Sequence record: NC_041919.1
DNA from: Escherichia phage HP3
Reading direction: 5' to 3' (one strand)
Length of the DNA: 64,000 bases
The first letter of the stretch is position 1. Every line of letters begins with the position of its first letter. Shown here piece after piece: positions 16,046 through 25,737 of the stretch. The notes under the pieces were generated by a model, which worked only from the letters and a program-made list of their open reading frames with translations, had not been told where the DNA came from and searched no databases. The translations under genes and the position numbers were made by a program.

Positions 16046-16603
16046 CTATGACCTCTCATACACATAGCTTCTTAATTTATTAGCCCAACGACTCCAATTT
16101 CCAACTATAGTTTTAGTATAATTTTTAACGAGAGTTTTTCTTACTGGAGCAGGAGGATCTGTCGGTTCAGTAGTATCAGAAGATGACCTAGAATTACTGC
16201 CAGAACCTCCAGATTCACTTTGTTCTTGGTAGTCATATATTAATGTTACTTCGTAAGTGAATGTCTTCTGGAGGTTTTGAGGAGCTTTCCATAAATACAA
16301 CTGAGTATCAGAATCAGTAGGAAGTTCTTCCCATGAAGCAGCAGTTTTAAATTCATCGCCTAAACGATATTTCAACGCGTCATTTCCAAATCCAAACACA
16401 GATTCATATGTTCCGTATAAGCGATTTTCTTCTACTAAAACCCCAGGAGTTTCTTCGTAACTAGTTATATTTATAGATACTAACGTTTCACCTGTTTCTA
16501 ATTGAGCGGTAAAGGTGACGTCGATAGAAGAACCTTCCATGGATTCTCCTAAATCAGCGCTCATTGGAAGTATATTAGCCAATGTCAATCCTCGATCCAT
16601 CAA
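16046..16603 (-). CDS. 5.1: gp5.1-like protein
   Basis: 185 aa ORF between gp5 and gp5.4; synteny only. Confidence 0.55.
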
Positions 16604-18302
16604 TTGTGTATTGACCAGATGAAATAGAACTCATAGATGCCATTTTTTCTGTCCAATCACCACCAACGTCCCAATCAACTGTCCCAGCAACTTTCCAAGA
16701 AAGATTTCCATTTACTGTGTTAGTTTGATTTCCTTCAACTAAAGTGGTAGCATCTCCTTTAACTGTAATGTCAGCATTACCTTCAACTACAATAGTAACA
16801 TTACCTTTAACTAGGATAGTTCCATTGCCTTCAACAGTTTTCGTTTCGTCGCCACGTACAAATATTGTATTGCTTCCATCTATCTGGTGAAGACGATTAT
16901 CCATGTTGTAATAAATTTCTGATCCACCGACGTTAGTCTTTTTATCACCGGCTACCAAAAAATTACCATCAGCGTTGGTTATATCATACAAATTATCAAC
17001 AGTTTTTCTTGTTCTTCTTCCTGACGGTGATACTTCTTCATAAGTTCCAGTTGGATGAACTAATCTGTATCGTTCTTGCCCAGGGGTATCATCAAATTCC
17101 TGAATATGTCCACTTTCAGTTTCCATTGTATGCACATAAGGATATTCACCTTTATATGAAGAAACTGGTTCTTTGAATAAAATTCTCGAGTCATTTGGAA
17201 TAGGAGGGTCAGCAGGGTCAGAAGATTTAGCTACAGTAGCAGCCATTGCTGATAGAGACCTAGCTGGGGTTTTCACTTCAACGCCATATGATTCTAAATT
17301 TCCCGTAAGAATAATCATGGTAACACGGGATGCACGGCCTTTTGTTTGTTGATACCATAATGAATCACGACCGGCTTTATACGCTTTTTCCCAATCTCCT
17401 GCTAACATAGCAGTTAACATTGTGTTAAATTTAGCTACACCACCAACACCCATCTGAAATGCCATATTTTCTAACGCCATTTGACGAGAACGGTTGACAG
17501 CTTGCCAGACTGGTCCTACTTTAGAATGTGATTTAATGTCCCGTTGCATATCAGCCAAATCACGTTCAAATAAAGTCGTCGCCTCTTCCATCGTAATAGA
17601 ACCTGGGTTTCCAGTAATTTCACGACCAACTTGTTTTGATAAAACTTTATTAATTTGAGCCATATCACGAACTGGCTGCTTCATGATAAGATGACCAATA
17701 CCAATTGTCGGATATCCTTCGGTATCCCAATAAACTTTTAATCTTAATCCTTCATCACGGCGAAGCATTTCAGCCATTGACATATTTGGATTATCATCGG
17801 TTGGAATCTCTGATAGTGGTCTATCATCGGGATTTATTGCAGTGTCTAAGTTACTATCTTGGATAATGTTAGAAGACGAATCATATCCTACTTCTCCGCC
17901 TTGGTTTAATACATTAGTATCATTTCCTAAACGTCTAGGATATTGCCCAGTTGGGTCAGAAAATCCTTCAAGTCTATTCGGTTTTTCGCGAACTATTCCA
18001 CCATACGTGCCAAGGACAATTCCGTTAGTTTTCCATTTGTCTAAAAAATGACCATAAACTCTAGTTCCTTCTACCGGTCCAGTAACAGAACCTCCAATTC
18101 CAGACATTGCTGCAGAAGTTATAGGTTGAATAACTGACATCCATGGTAATTTTTCAGTTGGAATACCCATTACATCGCCTTGTGCTCTTTGAGGTGGATG
18201 CAGACCAACCACACGAACACGAACACGACCTAATTTTAATGGGTCCATTCTATCTTCAACAACACCAACAAACCAATTAAGGTTATTACTTATCATTTCC
18301 AT
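16575..18302 (-). CDS. 5: Baseplate hub / tail lysozyme gp5
   Basis: 575 aa; internal lysozyme motif EMLRRDEGLRLKVYWDTEGYPTIGIGHLI; C-terminal beta-helix repeats VEGNGTILVKGNVTIVVEGNADITVKGD. Confidence 0.9.
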   Translation of the reverse strand: MEMISNNLNWFVGVVEDRMDPLKLGRVRVRVVGLHPPQRAQGDVMGIPTEKLPWMSVIQPITSAAMSGIGGSVTGPVEGTRVYGHFLDKWKTNGIVLGTYGGIVREKPNRLEGFSDPTGQYPRRLGNDTNVLNQGGEVGYDSSSNIIQDSNLDTAINPDDRPLSEIPTDDNPNMSMAEMLRRDEGLRLKVYWDTEGYPTIGIGHLIMKQPVRDMAQINKVLSKQVGREITGNPGSITMEEATTLFERDLADMQRDIKSHSKVGPVWQAVNRSRQMALENMAFQMGVGGVAKFNTMLTAMLAGDWEKAYKAGRDSLWYQQTKGRASRVTMIILTGNLESYGVEVKTPARSLSAMAATVAKSSDPADPPIPNDSRILFKEPVSSYKGEYPYVHTMETESGHIQEFDDTPGQERYRLVHPTGTYEEVSPSGRRTRKTVDNLYDITNADGNFLVAGDKKTNVGGSEIYYNMDNRLHQIDGSNTIFVRGDETKTVEGNGTILVKGNVTIVVEGNADITVKGDATTLVEGNQTNTVNGNLSWKVAGTVDWDVGGDWTEKMASMSSISSGQYTIDGSRIDIG

Positions 18303-18876
18303 AAGATTTCTCCATTATACGTATAAGGTCGTTCATAAATGAATTAATGTCTGATTTTGCTATTATTTTTATTTGACGAAGTTTTTCATTTTCAAGAACA
18401 GCATCTTCATACGTATTAACAGCAGCAAGTGCTCCTTCATATTGAGGATATTTTCTAGCTTTATCACCTTTATCATACCAAACATATGGATTATCATCGT
18501 ATGATATTAAATTATAAAATTTTTCACCGTTCTCATTCACATGATATACTATTTGGTCTCCACCTACATTTTTGTATTTTTGTATAGATGCTTGATAAGC
18601 TGCTTCTTGTGAAGTAATCCATCCATAATACGGGTCATAATTATCATTACACATCAATAAAACCCAATACAACTGTGGATTTCCATATATAGTATTTGCT
18701 AATTCTTCCGGGCGTGGTGAACCTTTGATATAATAAGTACGTAAGCGGTATCCCGCAAGAGCGCGTTTAAAATAGTCTTTATAGTTTCTAAAAATATCTG
18801 TCATAGGAATAGTCGGCGCGTTTTTATTCACCGTTTTGGCCGCATATTCAATCGGATCAAAAAATGTAAAGAGCAT
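18286..18876 (-). CDS. 53: Baseplate wedge protein gp53
   Basis: 196 aa, same as T4 gp53; overlaps gp5 start. Confidence 0.8.
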   Translation of the reverse strand: MLFTFFDPIEYAAKTVNKNAPTIPMTDIFRNYKDYFKRALAGYRLRTYYIKGSPRPEELANTIYGNPQLYWVLLMCNDNYDPYYGWITSQEAAYQASIQKYKNVGGDQIVYHVNENGEKFYNLISYDDNPYVWYDKGDKARKYPQYEGALAAVNTYEDAVLENEKLRQIKIIAKSDINSFMNDLIRIMEKSYGNDK

Positions 18877-18889
18877 GGGCCCTCCTGTT

Positions 18890-18897
18890 TATAAATA
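18890..18897 (+). promoter_or_regulatory. Late promoter TATAAATA for gene 4
   Basis: tataaata 27 nt upstream of the gp4 ATG. Confidence 0.5.
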
Positions 18898-18904
18898 TAT
18901 TATC

Positions 18905-18912
18905 TATTTATA
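18905..18912 (-). promoter_or_regulatory. Late promoter TATAAATA for gene 53 (divergent)
   Basis: Plus-strand tatttata is TATAAATA on the minus strand, about 29 nt upstream of the gp53 start. Confidence 0.5.
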
Positions 18913-18923
18913 AGGAGAATCCA

Positions 18924-19376
18924 ATGGCATATTCTGGAAAATGGGTTCCTAAAAATATATCAAAGTATAGAGGTGACCCTAAAAAAATTACGTATAGATC
19001 AAATTGGGAAAAATTCTTTTTTGAATGGTTAGATAAAAATCCAGAAATTATTGCATGGGGTAGTGAAACAGCAGTAATTCCTTATTTTTGTAATGCAGAA
19101 GGGAAAAAACGTAGATACTTCATGGATATTTGGATGAAAGATTCTTCTGGACAAGAATTTTTTATTGAAATAAAACCTAAAAAAGAAACACAACCACCAG
19201 TTAAACCGGCACATCTAACAACTGCAGCGAAGAAAAGATTTATGAATGAAATTTATACATATTCCGTTAATACTGACAAATGGAAAGCAGCGCAATCTTT
19301 AGCTGAAAAGCGTGGAATAAAATTTAGAATTCTGACAGAAGATGGATTACGAGCTCTTGGCTTTAAGGGGGCATAA
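18924..19376 (+). CDS. 4: Head completion protein gp4
   Basis: 150 aa, same as T4 gp4; SD ggag upstream. Confidence 0.8.
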
Positions 19377-20200
19377 TGGCTATTTTTCAAATAATTAATG
19401 AAAGCACTCCCCAAGTTCCAAAGGTTAAGCAATCATTAAACGAAAAGAAATGGATTCAGATAGGTCTTGAATATAAAAAGGCCAAAGCAAAAGGAATGAC
19501 AGGAAAGCAATTTGCTGAAGAAAGAGGAATCAAATACTCTACGTTTACTTCAGCAATGTCAAAATATGCTTCAGGAATTAAAACGGCTGAAAAGATTCAA
19601 AAGCTTGAATCAAAACCAATGAATAAACTCAATAAGCAAGAAAGACAACTGCTTATGATAAATTCATTCAGACAAACATTGCGTGATAAAATTCGTAATG
19701 AAGGTGCAGCAATTAATAATAAAACCAGAAAGTGGTTTGCTGAAACTATTAAGCAAGTAAAAGGACATAAAGTTGTTCGCCCGCAGCCGGGACGAATATA
19801 TGCTTTTGCTTATGATGCTAAACACAAGGAAACTCTTCCTTACTGGGATAAATTTCCTTTAATAATTTACCTTGGTTTAGGTAAACATAATTTAATGTAC
19901 GGATTAAACTTGCACTATATTCCACCTAAAGCTCGTCAGCAATTTCTAGAAGAGCTTTTAAAGCAATATGCAAATACACCTACTATTACTAATAAAACGA
20001 AATTAAAAATTGATTGGAGTCAAGTGAAAGGATTTAGGGGTGCAGACCAAATGATTAAGGCATATATACCTGGTAATATTATGGGTAGCCTTGTTGAAAT
20101 CGCCCCGAAAGACTGGGCGAACGTTGTGTTAATGCCACTTCAGCAGTTCGTTTCAAAAGGAAAACGTTTCTCTGCAAACAAAGTCTGGTCAAATATCTAA
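19376..20200 (+). CDS. 2: DNA end protector protein gp2
   Basis: 274 aa, same as T4 gp2. Confidence 0.8.
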
Positions 20201-20306
20201 TTCTATTATCTTCCATTCTTTTCTATTGTTTGTTCTAATTGGAATTGAATGGAAGGGACTTAGACCCATTATACCACCAACATTTATAAAGCATTATGAG
20301 GAATAT

Positions 20307-20837
20307 ATGTCGCAAGCACTGCAACAAATTTTTAACCAAGCAAATACAACTAACTTTGTAGTATCAATACCACATAGTAATACTACATCTGCTTTTACTT
20401 TAAATGCTCAGTCAGTTCCTATTCCAGGAATTAGGATACCTGTTACTGATACCGTGACTGGGCCGTTTGGACTAGGCAGAGCACAACGTCCAGGAGTTAC
20501 ATTTGAATACGATCCACTCATCGTGAGATTTATAGTTGACGAAGAGCTTAAGTCGTGGATAGGAATGTATGAATGGATGCTAGGAACTAGTAACTATCTT
20601 ACAGGCGAAAATACTGCCCAAAAAACAGGTCCTGAATACATTACGCTTTACATTTTAGATAATAGTAAAACTGAAATCGTGATGTCAATAAATTTTTATA
20701 AGCCTTGGGTTTCTGACCTGTCTGAAGTAGAATTTAGCTACACGGAAGATTCAGACCCAGCTTTAGTATGCACAGCAACGATTCCTTATACGTATTTTCA
20801 AGTAGAAAAAGATGGCAAAATTATAGCAGAAGTTTAA
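20307..20837 (+). CDS. 3: Tail completion / tube terminator gp3
   Basis: 176 aa from internal ATG (MSQALQQ...), same as T4 gp3; the longer 203 aa ORF start at 20226 is less likely. Confidence 0.7.
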   Translation: MSQALQQIFNQANTTNFVVSIPHSNTTSAFTLNAQSVPIPGIRIPVTDTVTGPFGLGRAQRPGVTFEYDPLIVRFIVDEELKSWIGMYEWMLGTSNYLTGENTAQKTGPEYITLYILDNSKTEIVMSINFYKPWVSDLSEVEFSYTEDSDPALVCTATIPYTYFQVEKDGKIIAEV

Positions 20838-20886
20838 TGCTTCAGTTTCATGTGTTATAATCTTAACTAAATTTGAGGAGAAACAC

Positions 20887-21611
20887 ATGAAACTAATCTT
20901 TTTAAGTGGTGTAAAGCGTAGTGGAAAAGATACTACTGCAGATTTTATCATGAATAATTATTCTGCAGTTAAATATCAACTTGCTGGTCCTATTAAAGAT
21001 GCATTGGCTTATGCATGGGGTGTATTTGCAGCAAACACTGACTATCCTTGCTTAACTCGTAGAGAGTTTGAAGGAATTGACTATGATCGTGAGACTAATT
21101 TGAATTTGACTAAATTAGAAGTAATTATGATTATGGAACAAGCATTTTGCTATCTTAATGGTAAAAGCCCAATTAAAGGTGTGTTTGTTTTTGATGACGA
21201 AGGAAAAGAATCAGTTAATTTCGTAGCATTTAACAAAATTACTGACGTTATAAATAATATTGAAGATCAATGGTCAGTCCGTCGTCTGATGCAAGCCCTA
21301 GGTACGGATTTGATTGTTAATAACTTCGACCGCATGTACTGGGTAAAATTATTTTCTTTAGATTATCTTGATAAATTTAACTCAGGTTATGATTATTATA
21401 TCGTTCCTGATACCCGTCAAGATCATGAAATGGATGCGGCTAGGGCGATGGGTGCTACAGTAATTCATGTAGTTCGTCCTGGCCAAAAATCCAATGATAC
21501 ACATATTACAGAAGCTGGATTGCCAATTCGTGATGGCGATTTAGTAATTACAAACGATGGTTCTCTTGAAGAACTTTTTTCTAAAATTAAAAATACACTA
21601 AAGGTACTATA

Positions 21612-21612
<1 letters not shown>
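20887..21612 (+). CDS. 1: Deoxynucleoside monophosphate kinase gp1
   Basis: 241 aa; P-loop-like GVKRSGKDT; matches T4 gp1 length and position. Confidence 0.85.
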
Positions 21613-22297
<685 letters not shown>

Positions 22298-22310
22298 TTT
22301 CACAAAGTTG

Positions 22311-22339
22311 TTTACATACTGATGAGGTAGTGATACTAT
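22311..22339 (+). promoter_or_regulatory. Early promoter embedded in a stem-loop (PeSL-type)
   Basis: -35 tttaca, 17 nt spacer, -10 tactat; inverted repeat gatgaggta / tacctcatc (22321-22348) brackets the -10. Confidence 0.6.
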
Positions 22340-22370
22340 TACCTCATCAAAATTAATTAGGAAAATAAAA

Positions 22371-22628
22371 ATGAAAACTTTCAAAGAGTTTGCTACAAAA
22401 ACTACTATCACTGAATCTTCCCACGGTATGGAAGTAAAGCTTGGAATGGCTTTAGCTGAAGCTGAGCGTCTTTTCTCTCGTATTAAAGAACTTGCTGCTG
22501 CGGTCGATCCTTCATCTTTTAAAGGAGACCAAACTAAAGTTAAAGCACTTTTAGCATTATGCTCCGATGCAGGAGAAATTGCTAAAAATGGTTCTAAGAT
22601 GAAGAAACGATTAGAAGATTTAAAATAA
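22371..22628 (+). CDS. Internal protein (ipI-locus variant) with capsid-targeting sequence
   Basis: N-terminus MKTFKEFATKTTITE resembles T4 CTS MKTYQEFIAE with an L/I-x-E prohead-protease site; position after 57B as for T4 ipI. Confidence 0.55.
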   Translation: MKTFKEFATKTTITESSHGMEVKLGMALAEAERLFSRIKELAAAVDPSSFKGDQTKVKALLALCSDAGEIAKNGSKMKKRLEDLK

Positions 22629-22641
22629 TTTCACAAAGTTG

Positions 22642-22670
22642 TTTACATAGGGTTTTAGTTGTGATACTAT
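22642..22670 (+). promoter_or_regulatory. Early promoter embedded in a stem-loop (PeSL-type)
   Basis: -35 tttaca, 17 nt spacer, -10 tactat; flanking inverted repeat atagggt / accctat. Confidence 0.6.
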
Positions 22671-22704
22671 TACCCTATCAAAACAAAACCAAATGGAAAT
22701 CAAA

Positions 22705-22938
22705 ATGAAAACTTACCAAGAATTTATTGCTGAAACTGCTGATGTAAAAGTTGAGTTTATTTACATTGGCAAGAAAGATAAAATGGGTGAAATGCCTCAT
22801 GGAGTTCTTCGTGATGCATTAGATAATTTCGGTCAACTCGCCGCAGAAGATTACGGTGATAAAATTGTTGTTACTGGTCCTGCTGCAGTTATTGAAAAAT
22901 GGGCAGCAGAAAATAAATCAATTTTTCGTAAAAAATAA
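22705..22938 (+). CDS. Internal protein with canonical capsid-targeting sequence
   Basis: Starts MKTYQEFIAE (identical to the T4 CTS consensus); alternative ATG at 22693 adds MEIK. Confidence 0.55.
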   Translation: MKTYQEFIAETADVKVEFIYIGKKDKMGEMPHGVLRDALDNFGQLAAEDYGDKIVVTGPAAVIEKWAAENKSIFRKK

Positions 22939-22939
22939 G

Positions 22940-22968
22940 TTTACTTTTAGATAGGGTAGTGATACTAT
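22940..22968 (+). promoter_or_regulatory. Early promoter embedded in a stem-loop (PeSL-type)
   Basis: -35 tttact, 17 nt spacer, -10 tactat; inverted repeat agatagggta / taccctatct. Confidence 0.6.
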
Positions 22969-22996
22969 TACCCTATCTACTACTGAGGAGAATAAA

Positions 22997-23182
22997 ATGA
23001 AACGTTGTGAATTAATTCGAAATGTTGCTATTGCAATTTCTGCTTCCGCTTTTAGTTTTTCAATGTTTGTTGGATTTATATGTGGATTATTGACTACAGC
23101 AGAAAATGTGTTTTCACTTGTAGTAGCATTTTTAATTGGTTTAATTGCTATTGTTATGGATAAAATTTCTAAAGGTGAATAA
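22997..23182 (+). CDS. Small hydrophobic membrane protein
   Basis: 61 aa, mostly hydrophobic (VAIAISASAFSFSMFVGFICGLL...); SD gaggag upstream. Confidence 0.4.
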   Translation: MKRCELIRNVAIAISASAFSFSMFVGFICGLLTTAENVFSLVVAFLIGLIAIVMDKISKGE

Positions 23183-23580
23183 TGAACGTTGAATATTATG
23201 TATATGCGGATTACGAAAATAATCCGTCTAAAGATGAAGATAATCGTTTAGGTGTAGATGCTTTCGATTCCCCTGCGGCGGCATGGCAATGGGTTGAAAG
23301 AACCGATATTCCTTACCGTTATATTGAAGTGGTTGACCACGCAGGAAACAAGTATCCTAAGGAAGCATATGTTGCTTCCGGGAAGGTAAATTTCCTTTTG
23401 TTTGCAGGTGATAATTATTATCCCCGTGGTGGGTATACCGATTTAATTGCTAAAGCATTCTCTGAAGATGAACTCCGTGACATTATCAAAGAAAATGAAA
23501 ACAAACCGATGGATTCTAATCGCTTTGATTGGTGGCAAATCGTAAATGCTAATACTCACACTATTGTTGATGAAGGCTGA
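23182..23580 (+). CDS. Hypothetical protein
   Basis: 132 aa ORF, overlapping start/stop (taATGa) with the upstream gene. Confidence 0.45.
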   Translation: MNVEYYVYADYENNPSKDEDNRLGVDAFDSPAAAWQWVERTDIPYRYIEVVDHAGNKYPKEAYVASGKVNFLLFAGDNYYPRGGYTDLIAKAFSEDELRDIIKENENKPMDSNRFDWWQIVNANTHTIVDEG

Positions 23581-23582
23581 TA

Positions 23583-23870
23583 ATGATTCTTTATGCGAAA
23601 GTATCATCCATTGAAAATGGATATAAATATGATCAAGACGCGGCTAAAGCTTTGATTGATGATTATGGCATTTTAACATGTTTTGAAGTTGAAAAGGTTT
23701 ACATTGACCGTTCATCTTCTCAAGTTAAATTAGTGAAGGAAGAACGTAAATTTAATACAGTAAATTTTGATTTCTTTATTGAAACAGAAAAAGGTCCTCT
23801 TGAATATGATATTTTCAAGAATCCTTTGGGTCTTGAATGCATCGTAAATATGTATTATTATAAATGGTAA
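23583..23870 (+). CDS. Hypothetical protein
   Basis: 95 aa ORF, overlapping stop-start with the upstream gene. Confidence 0.45.
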   Translation: MILYAKVSSIENGYKYDQDAAKALIDDYGILTCFEVEKVYIDRSSSQVKLVKEERKFNTVNFDFFIETEKGPLEYDIFKNPLGLECIVNMYYYKW

Positions 23871-23967
23871 ATATGCTTTAAGAATTATTTGTTATTATTA
23901 ACTCATATCGCACTGATTAATACCCTCTATCATCAAGGGTTCTTGCTTAAGAGCCTTTGTTAATAAT

Positions 23968-24040
23968 TGGGAATTAGCCAAGTTGGTAAGGCACTGGATT
24001 TTGATTCCAGGATGCAAAGGTTCGAGTCCTTTATTCCCAG
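23968..24040 (+). tRNA. tRNA-Gln (anticodon UUG)
   Basis: Manual fold: acceptor tgggaat/attccca, anticodon stem ctgga/tccag, loop ttttgat, T-loop ttcgagt. Confidence 0.8.
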
Positions 24041-24041
24041 C

Positions 24042-24128
24042 GCGAGAATGGCCAAATTGGTAAAGGCACAGCACTTAAAATGCTGCGGAATGATTTCCTT
24101 GTGGGTTCGAGTCCCACTTCTCGCACCA
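24042..24128 (+). tRNA. tRNA-Leu (anticodon UAA), long variable arm, CCA encoded
   Basis: Acceptor gcgagaa/ttctcgc, anticodon loop cttaaaa, T-arm gtgggttcgagtcccac. Confidence 0.8.
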
Positions 24129-24133
24129 AATTT

Positions 24134-24207
<74 letters not shown>

Positions 24208-24217
24208 ATTTAATTTA

Positions 24218-24291
24218 CTCCGTGTAGCTCAGTTTGGTAGAGCGTCTGCTTTGGGAGCAGAATGTCGTAGGTTCAAATCCTGCCACGGAGA
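24218..24291 (+). tRNA. tRNA-Pro (anticodon UGG)
   Basis: Acceptor ctccgtg/cacggag, anticodon stem tctgc/gcaga, loop tttggga. Confidence 0.8.
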
Positions 24292-24293
24292 CT

Positions 24294-24383
24294 GGAGGCG
24301 TGGCAGAGTGGTTTAATGCACCGGTCTTGAAAACCGGCAGTCGCTCCGGCGACTCATAGGTTCAAATCCTATCGCCTCCGCCA
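24294..24383 (+). tRNA. tRNA-Ser (anticodon UGA), long variable arm, CCA encoded
   Basis: Acceptor ggaggcg/cgcctcc, anticodon stem ccggt/accgg, loop cttgaaa. Confidence 0.8.
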
Positions 24384-24388
24384 GTTTT

Positions 24389-24464
24389 GCTGATTTAGCT
24401 CAGTAGGTAGAGCAACTCACTTGTAATGAGAAGGTCGGCGGTTCGATTCCGTCAATCAGCACCA
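24389..24464 (+). tRNA. tRNA-Thr (anticodon UGU), CCA encoded
   Basis: Acceptor gctgatt/aatcagc, anticodon stem actca/tgaga, loop cttgtaa. Confidence 0.8.
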
Positions 24465-24465
24465 A

Positions 24466-24540
24466 GGCCCTGTAGCTGGAAGGTTCAAGCAAGCGACTCA
24501 TAATCGCCAGATGGTGGTTCAATTCCACCCAGGGCCACCA
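24466..24540 (+). tRNA. tRNA-Ile/Met (anticodon CAU; T4 reads this as Ile after modification), CCA encoded
   Basis: Acceptor ggccctg/cagggcc, anticodon loop ctcataa, T-arm ggtggttcaattccacc. Confidence 0.75.
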
Positions 24541-24549
24541 AATTAATTT

Positions 24550-24636
24550 GGGGAGTTATCCCGTAGAGGTAGCGGTGTGGACTGTAAATTCATTGTCATT
24601 GCGACTCGGGTGGTTCGACTCCACCACTCCCCACCA
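24550..24636 (+). tRNA. tRNA-Tyr (anticodon GUA), long variable arm, CCA encoded
   Basis: Acceptor ggggagt/actcccc, anticodon loop ctgtaaa, T-arm ggtggttcgactccacc; not one of the eight T4 tRNAs. Confidence 0.6.
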
Positions 24637-24640
24637 ATTT

Positions 24641-24715
24641 GGATGTGTAGCTCAATGGCAGAGCGATCGCCTGTTAAGCGATTGGTTATAGGTTCGAATC
24701 CTATCACGTCCGCCA
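24641..24715 (+). tRNA. tRNA-Asn (anticodon GUU), CCA encoded
   Basis: Acceptor ggatgtg/cacgtcc, anticodon stem atcgc/gcgat, loop ctgttaa. Confidence 0.7.
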
Positions 24716-24829
24716 AATTTGTGACAACTGTCACATTAATATCTACTTGACGCGATTATAGGGGTTGAACTGATCACTCTTCTCTTAATTTCGTGTGAAG
24801 ACATCTTGATTGTTGGAGTAGGTATTAAT

Positions 24830-24905
24830 GTGGCCGTAGTTCAGTTGGTAGAACTCGAGATTGTGATTCTCGTAGTCATGGGTTCGACTCCCATCGGTCA
24901 CCCCA
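24830..24905 (+). tRNA. tRNA-His (anticodon GUG) with extra 5-prime G, CCA encoded
   Basis: Acceptor gtggccg/cggtcac, anticodon stem cgaga/tctcg, loop ttgtgat. Confidence 0.7.
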
Positions 24906-24909
24906 ATTA

Positions 24910-24985
24910 CGGGGCATAGCTCAGAAGGAAGAGCAAGGACCTTCTAAGTCCTAGGTCGTAGGTTCGATCCCTACTGCCTCGACCA
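24910..24985 (+). tRNA. tRNA-Arg (anticodon UCU), CCA encoded
   Basis: Acceptor cggggca/tgcctcg, anticodon stem aggac/gtcct, loop cttctaa. Confidence 0.75.
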
Positions 24986-25003
24986 ATTATAAGTGAGGAA
25001 AAT

Positions 25004-25354
25004 ATGAAAGGTAATGTTTATTTAGTAGTTCATGATTTAACATTCTATTTTAATCATAATGATACTGTTATTTCTGAACGTGTAATTAATTTGCTTTATC
25101 AGCATGCAGATTATGTTTATGTCGAAAACGAATATGGTCATTGGCAATTTCTCAAAAATCGTTCATTTGGTTTAGATGGTTACAAATATTTTGATCGTAA
25201 AGACCTTTTAGATACAATTCCGTTATCTACACAATATCAAAATCATAAGTCTTTACATAAATGCCGGCTAATTCGAAATGCTGAATCCGCGTATGAAGCA
25301 ATTGATTTGTGGCGTAAACGCCGTGAATATATTGATTCTTTAAAAGAATATTAA
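25004..25354 (+). CDS. Hypothetical protein
   Basis: 116 aa ORF immediately after the tRNA cluster; SD gaggaaaat upstream. Confidence 0.5.
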   Translation: MKGNVYLVVHDLTFYFNHNDTVISERVINLLYQHADYVYVENEYGHWQFLKNRSFGLDGYKYFDRKDLLDTIPLSTQYQNHKSLHKCRLIRNAESAYEAIDLWRKRREYIDSLKEY

Positions 25355-25658
25355 GAAACCGGGTCGCTACCGGTAAGTCGTCGGACTGATGTTCCCTGGA
25401 GTATAGTTTCCTCCCACAGTTTTACTGTGTTCTGGCTCTTTACTATCACAGCAGAAACGGCGCACCGAATTATCGATTCGAGGAAATATCTTTGCCGTAA
25501 GCCGAGTAGCGTTTTTGACGGAACGTTCGGATATGGTCGAGATATGGCCTTTTAAAAATATTGAGTAGCGTCAACTACTTAATAACCGGGTTCGAATCCC
25601 GGCGTTTCGTACAAACACTTGCCTTAGCAGGTGGAACCCCGACAAGGTTGCCGCAAGG
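25355..25658 (+). ncRNA. Candidate structured stable RNA(s) with tRNA-like T-arm
   Basis: About 300 nt non-coding, GC-rich relative to surroundings; ccgggttcgaatcccgg is a canonical T-arm; repeated gagtagcgt; T4 encodes small stable RNAs next to its tRNAs. Confidence 0.35.
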
Positions 25659-25689
25659 CTTAGCCCCGACCGAAAGGTTGGGGCTTTTT
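25659..25689 (+). terminator. Intrinsic terminator hairpin, repeat copy 1
   Basis: cttagccccgaccgaaaggttggggcttttt: 10 bp stem, GAAA loop, T-run; identical copy at 26216-26246. Confidence 0.65.
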
Positions 25690-25691
25690 GG

Positions 25692-25699
25692 TATAAATA
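25692..25699 (+). promoter_or_regulatory. Late promoter TATAAATA upstream of the internal-protein-like gene
   Basis: tataaata about 38 nt upstream of the ATG at 25738. Confidence 0.45.
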
Positions 25700-25737
25700 T
25701 TAGTATATTAAATCTACAAATTAAAATAGGAAATAAG

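Noticed and set aside
25561-25737. N-terminal extension of the ORF 25561-26211 (MSSVNYLITGFESRRF...)
   Set aside because: The extension reads through the GC-rich structured region and the terminator hairpin; the downstream ATG at 25738 has a proper RBS and a CTS-like N-terminus.
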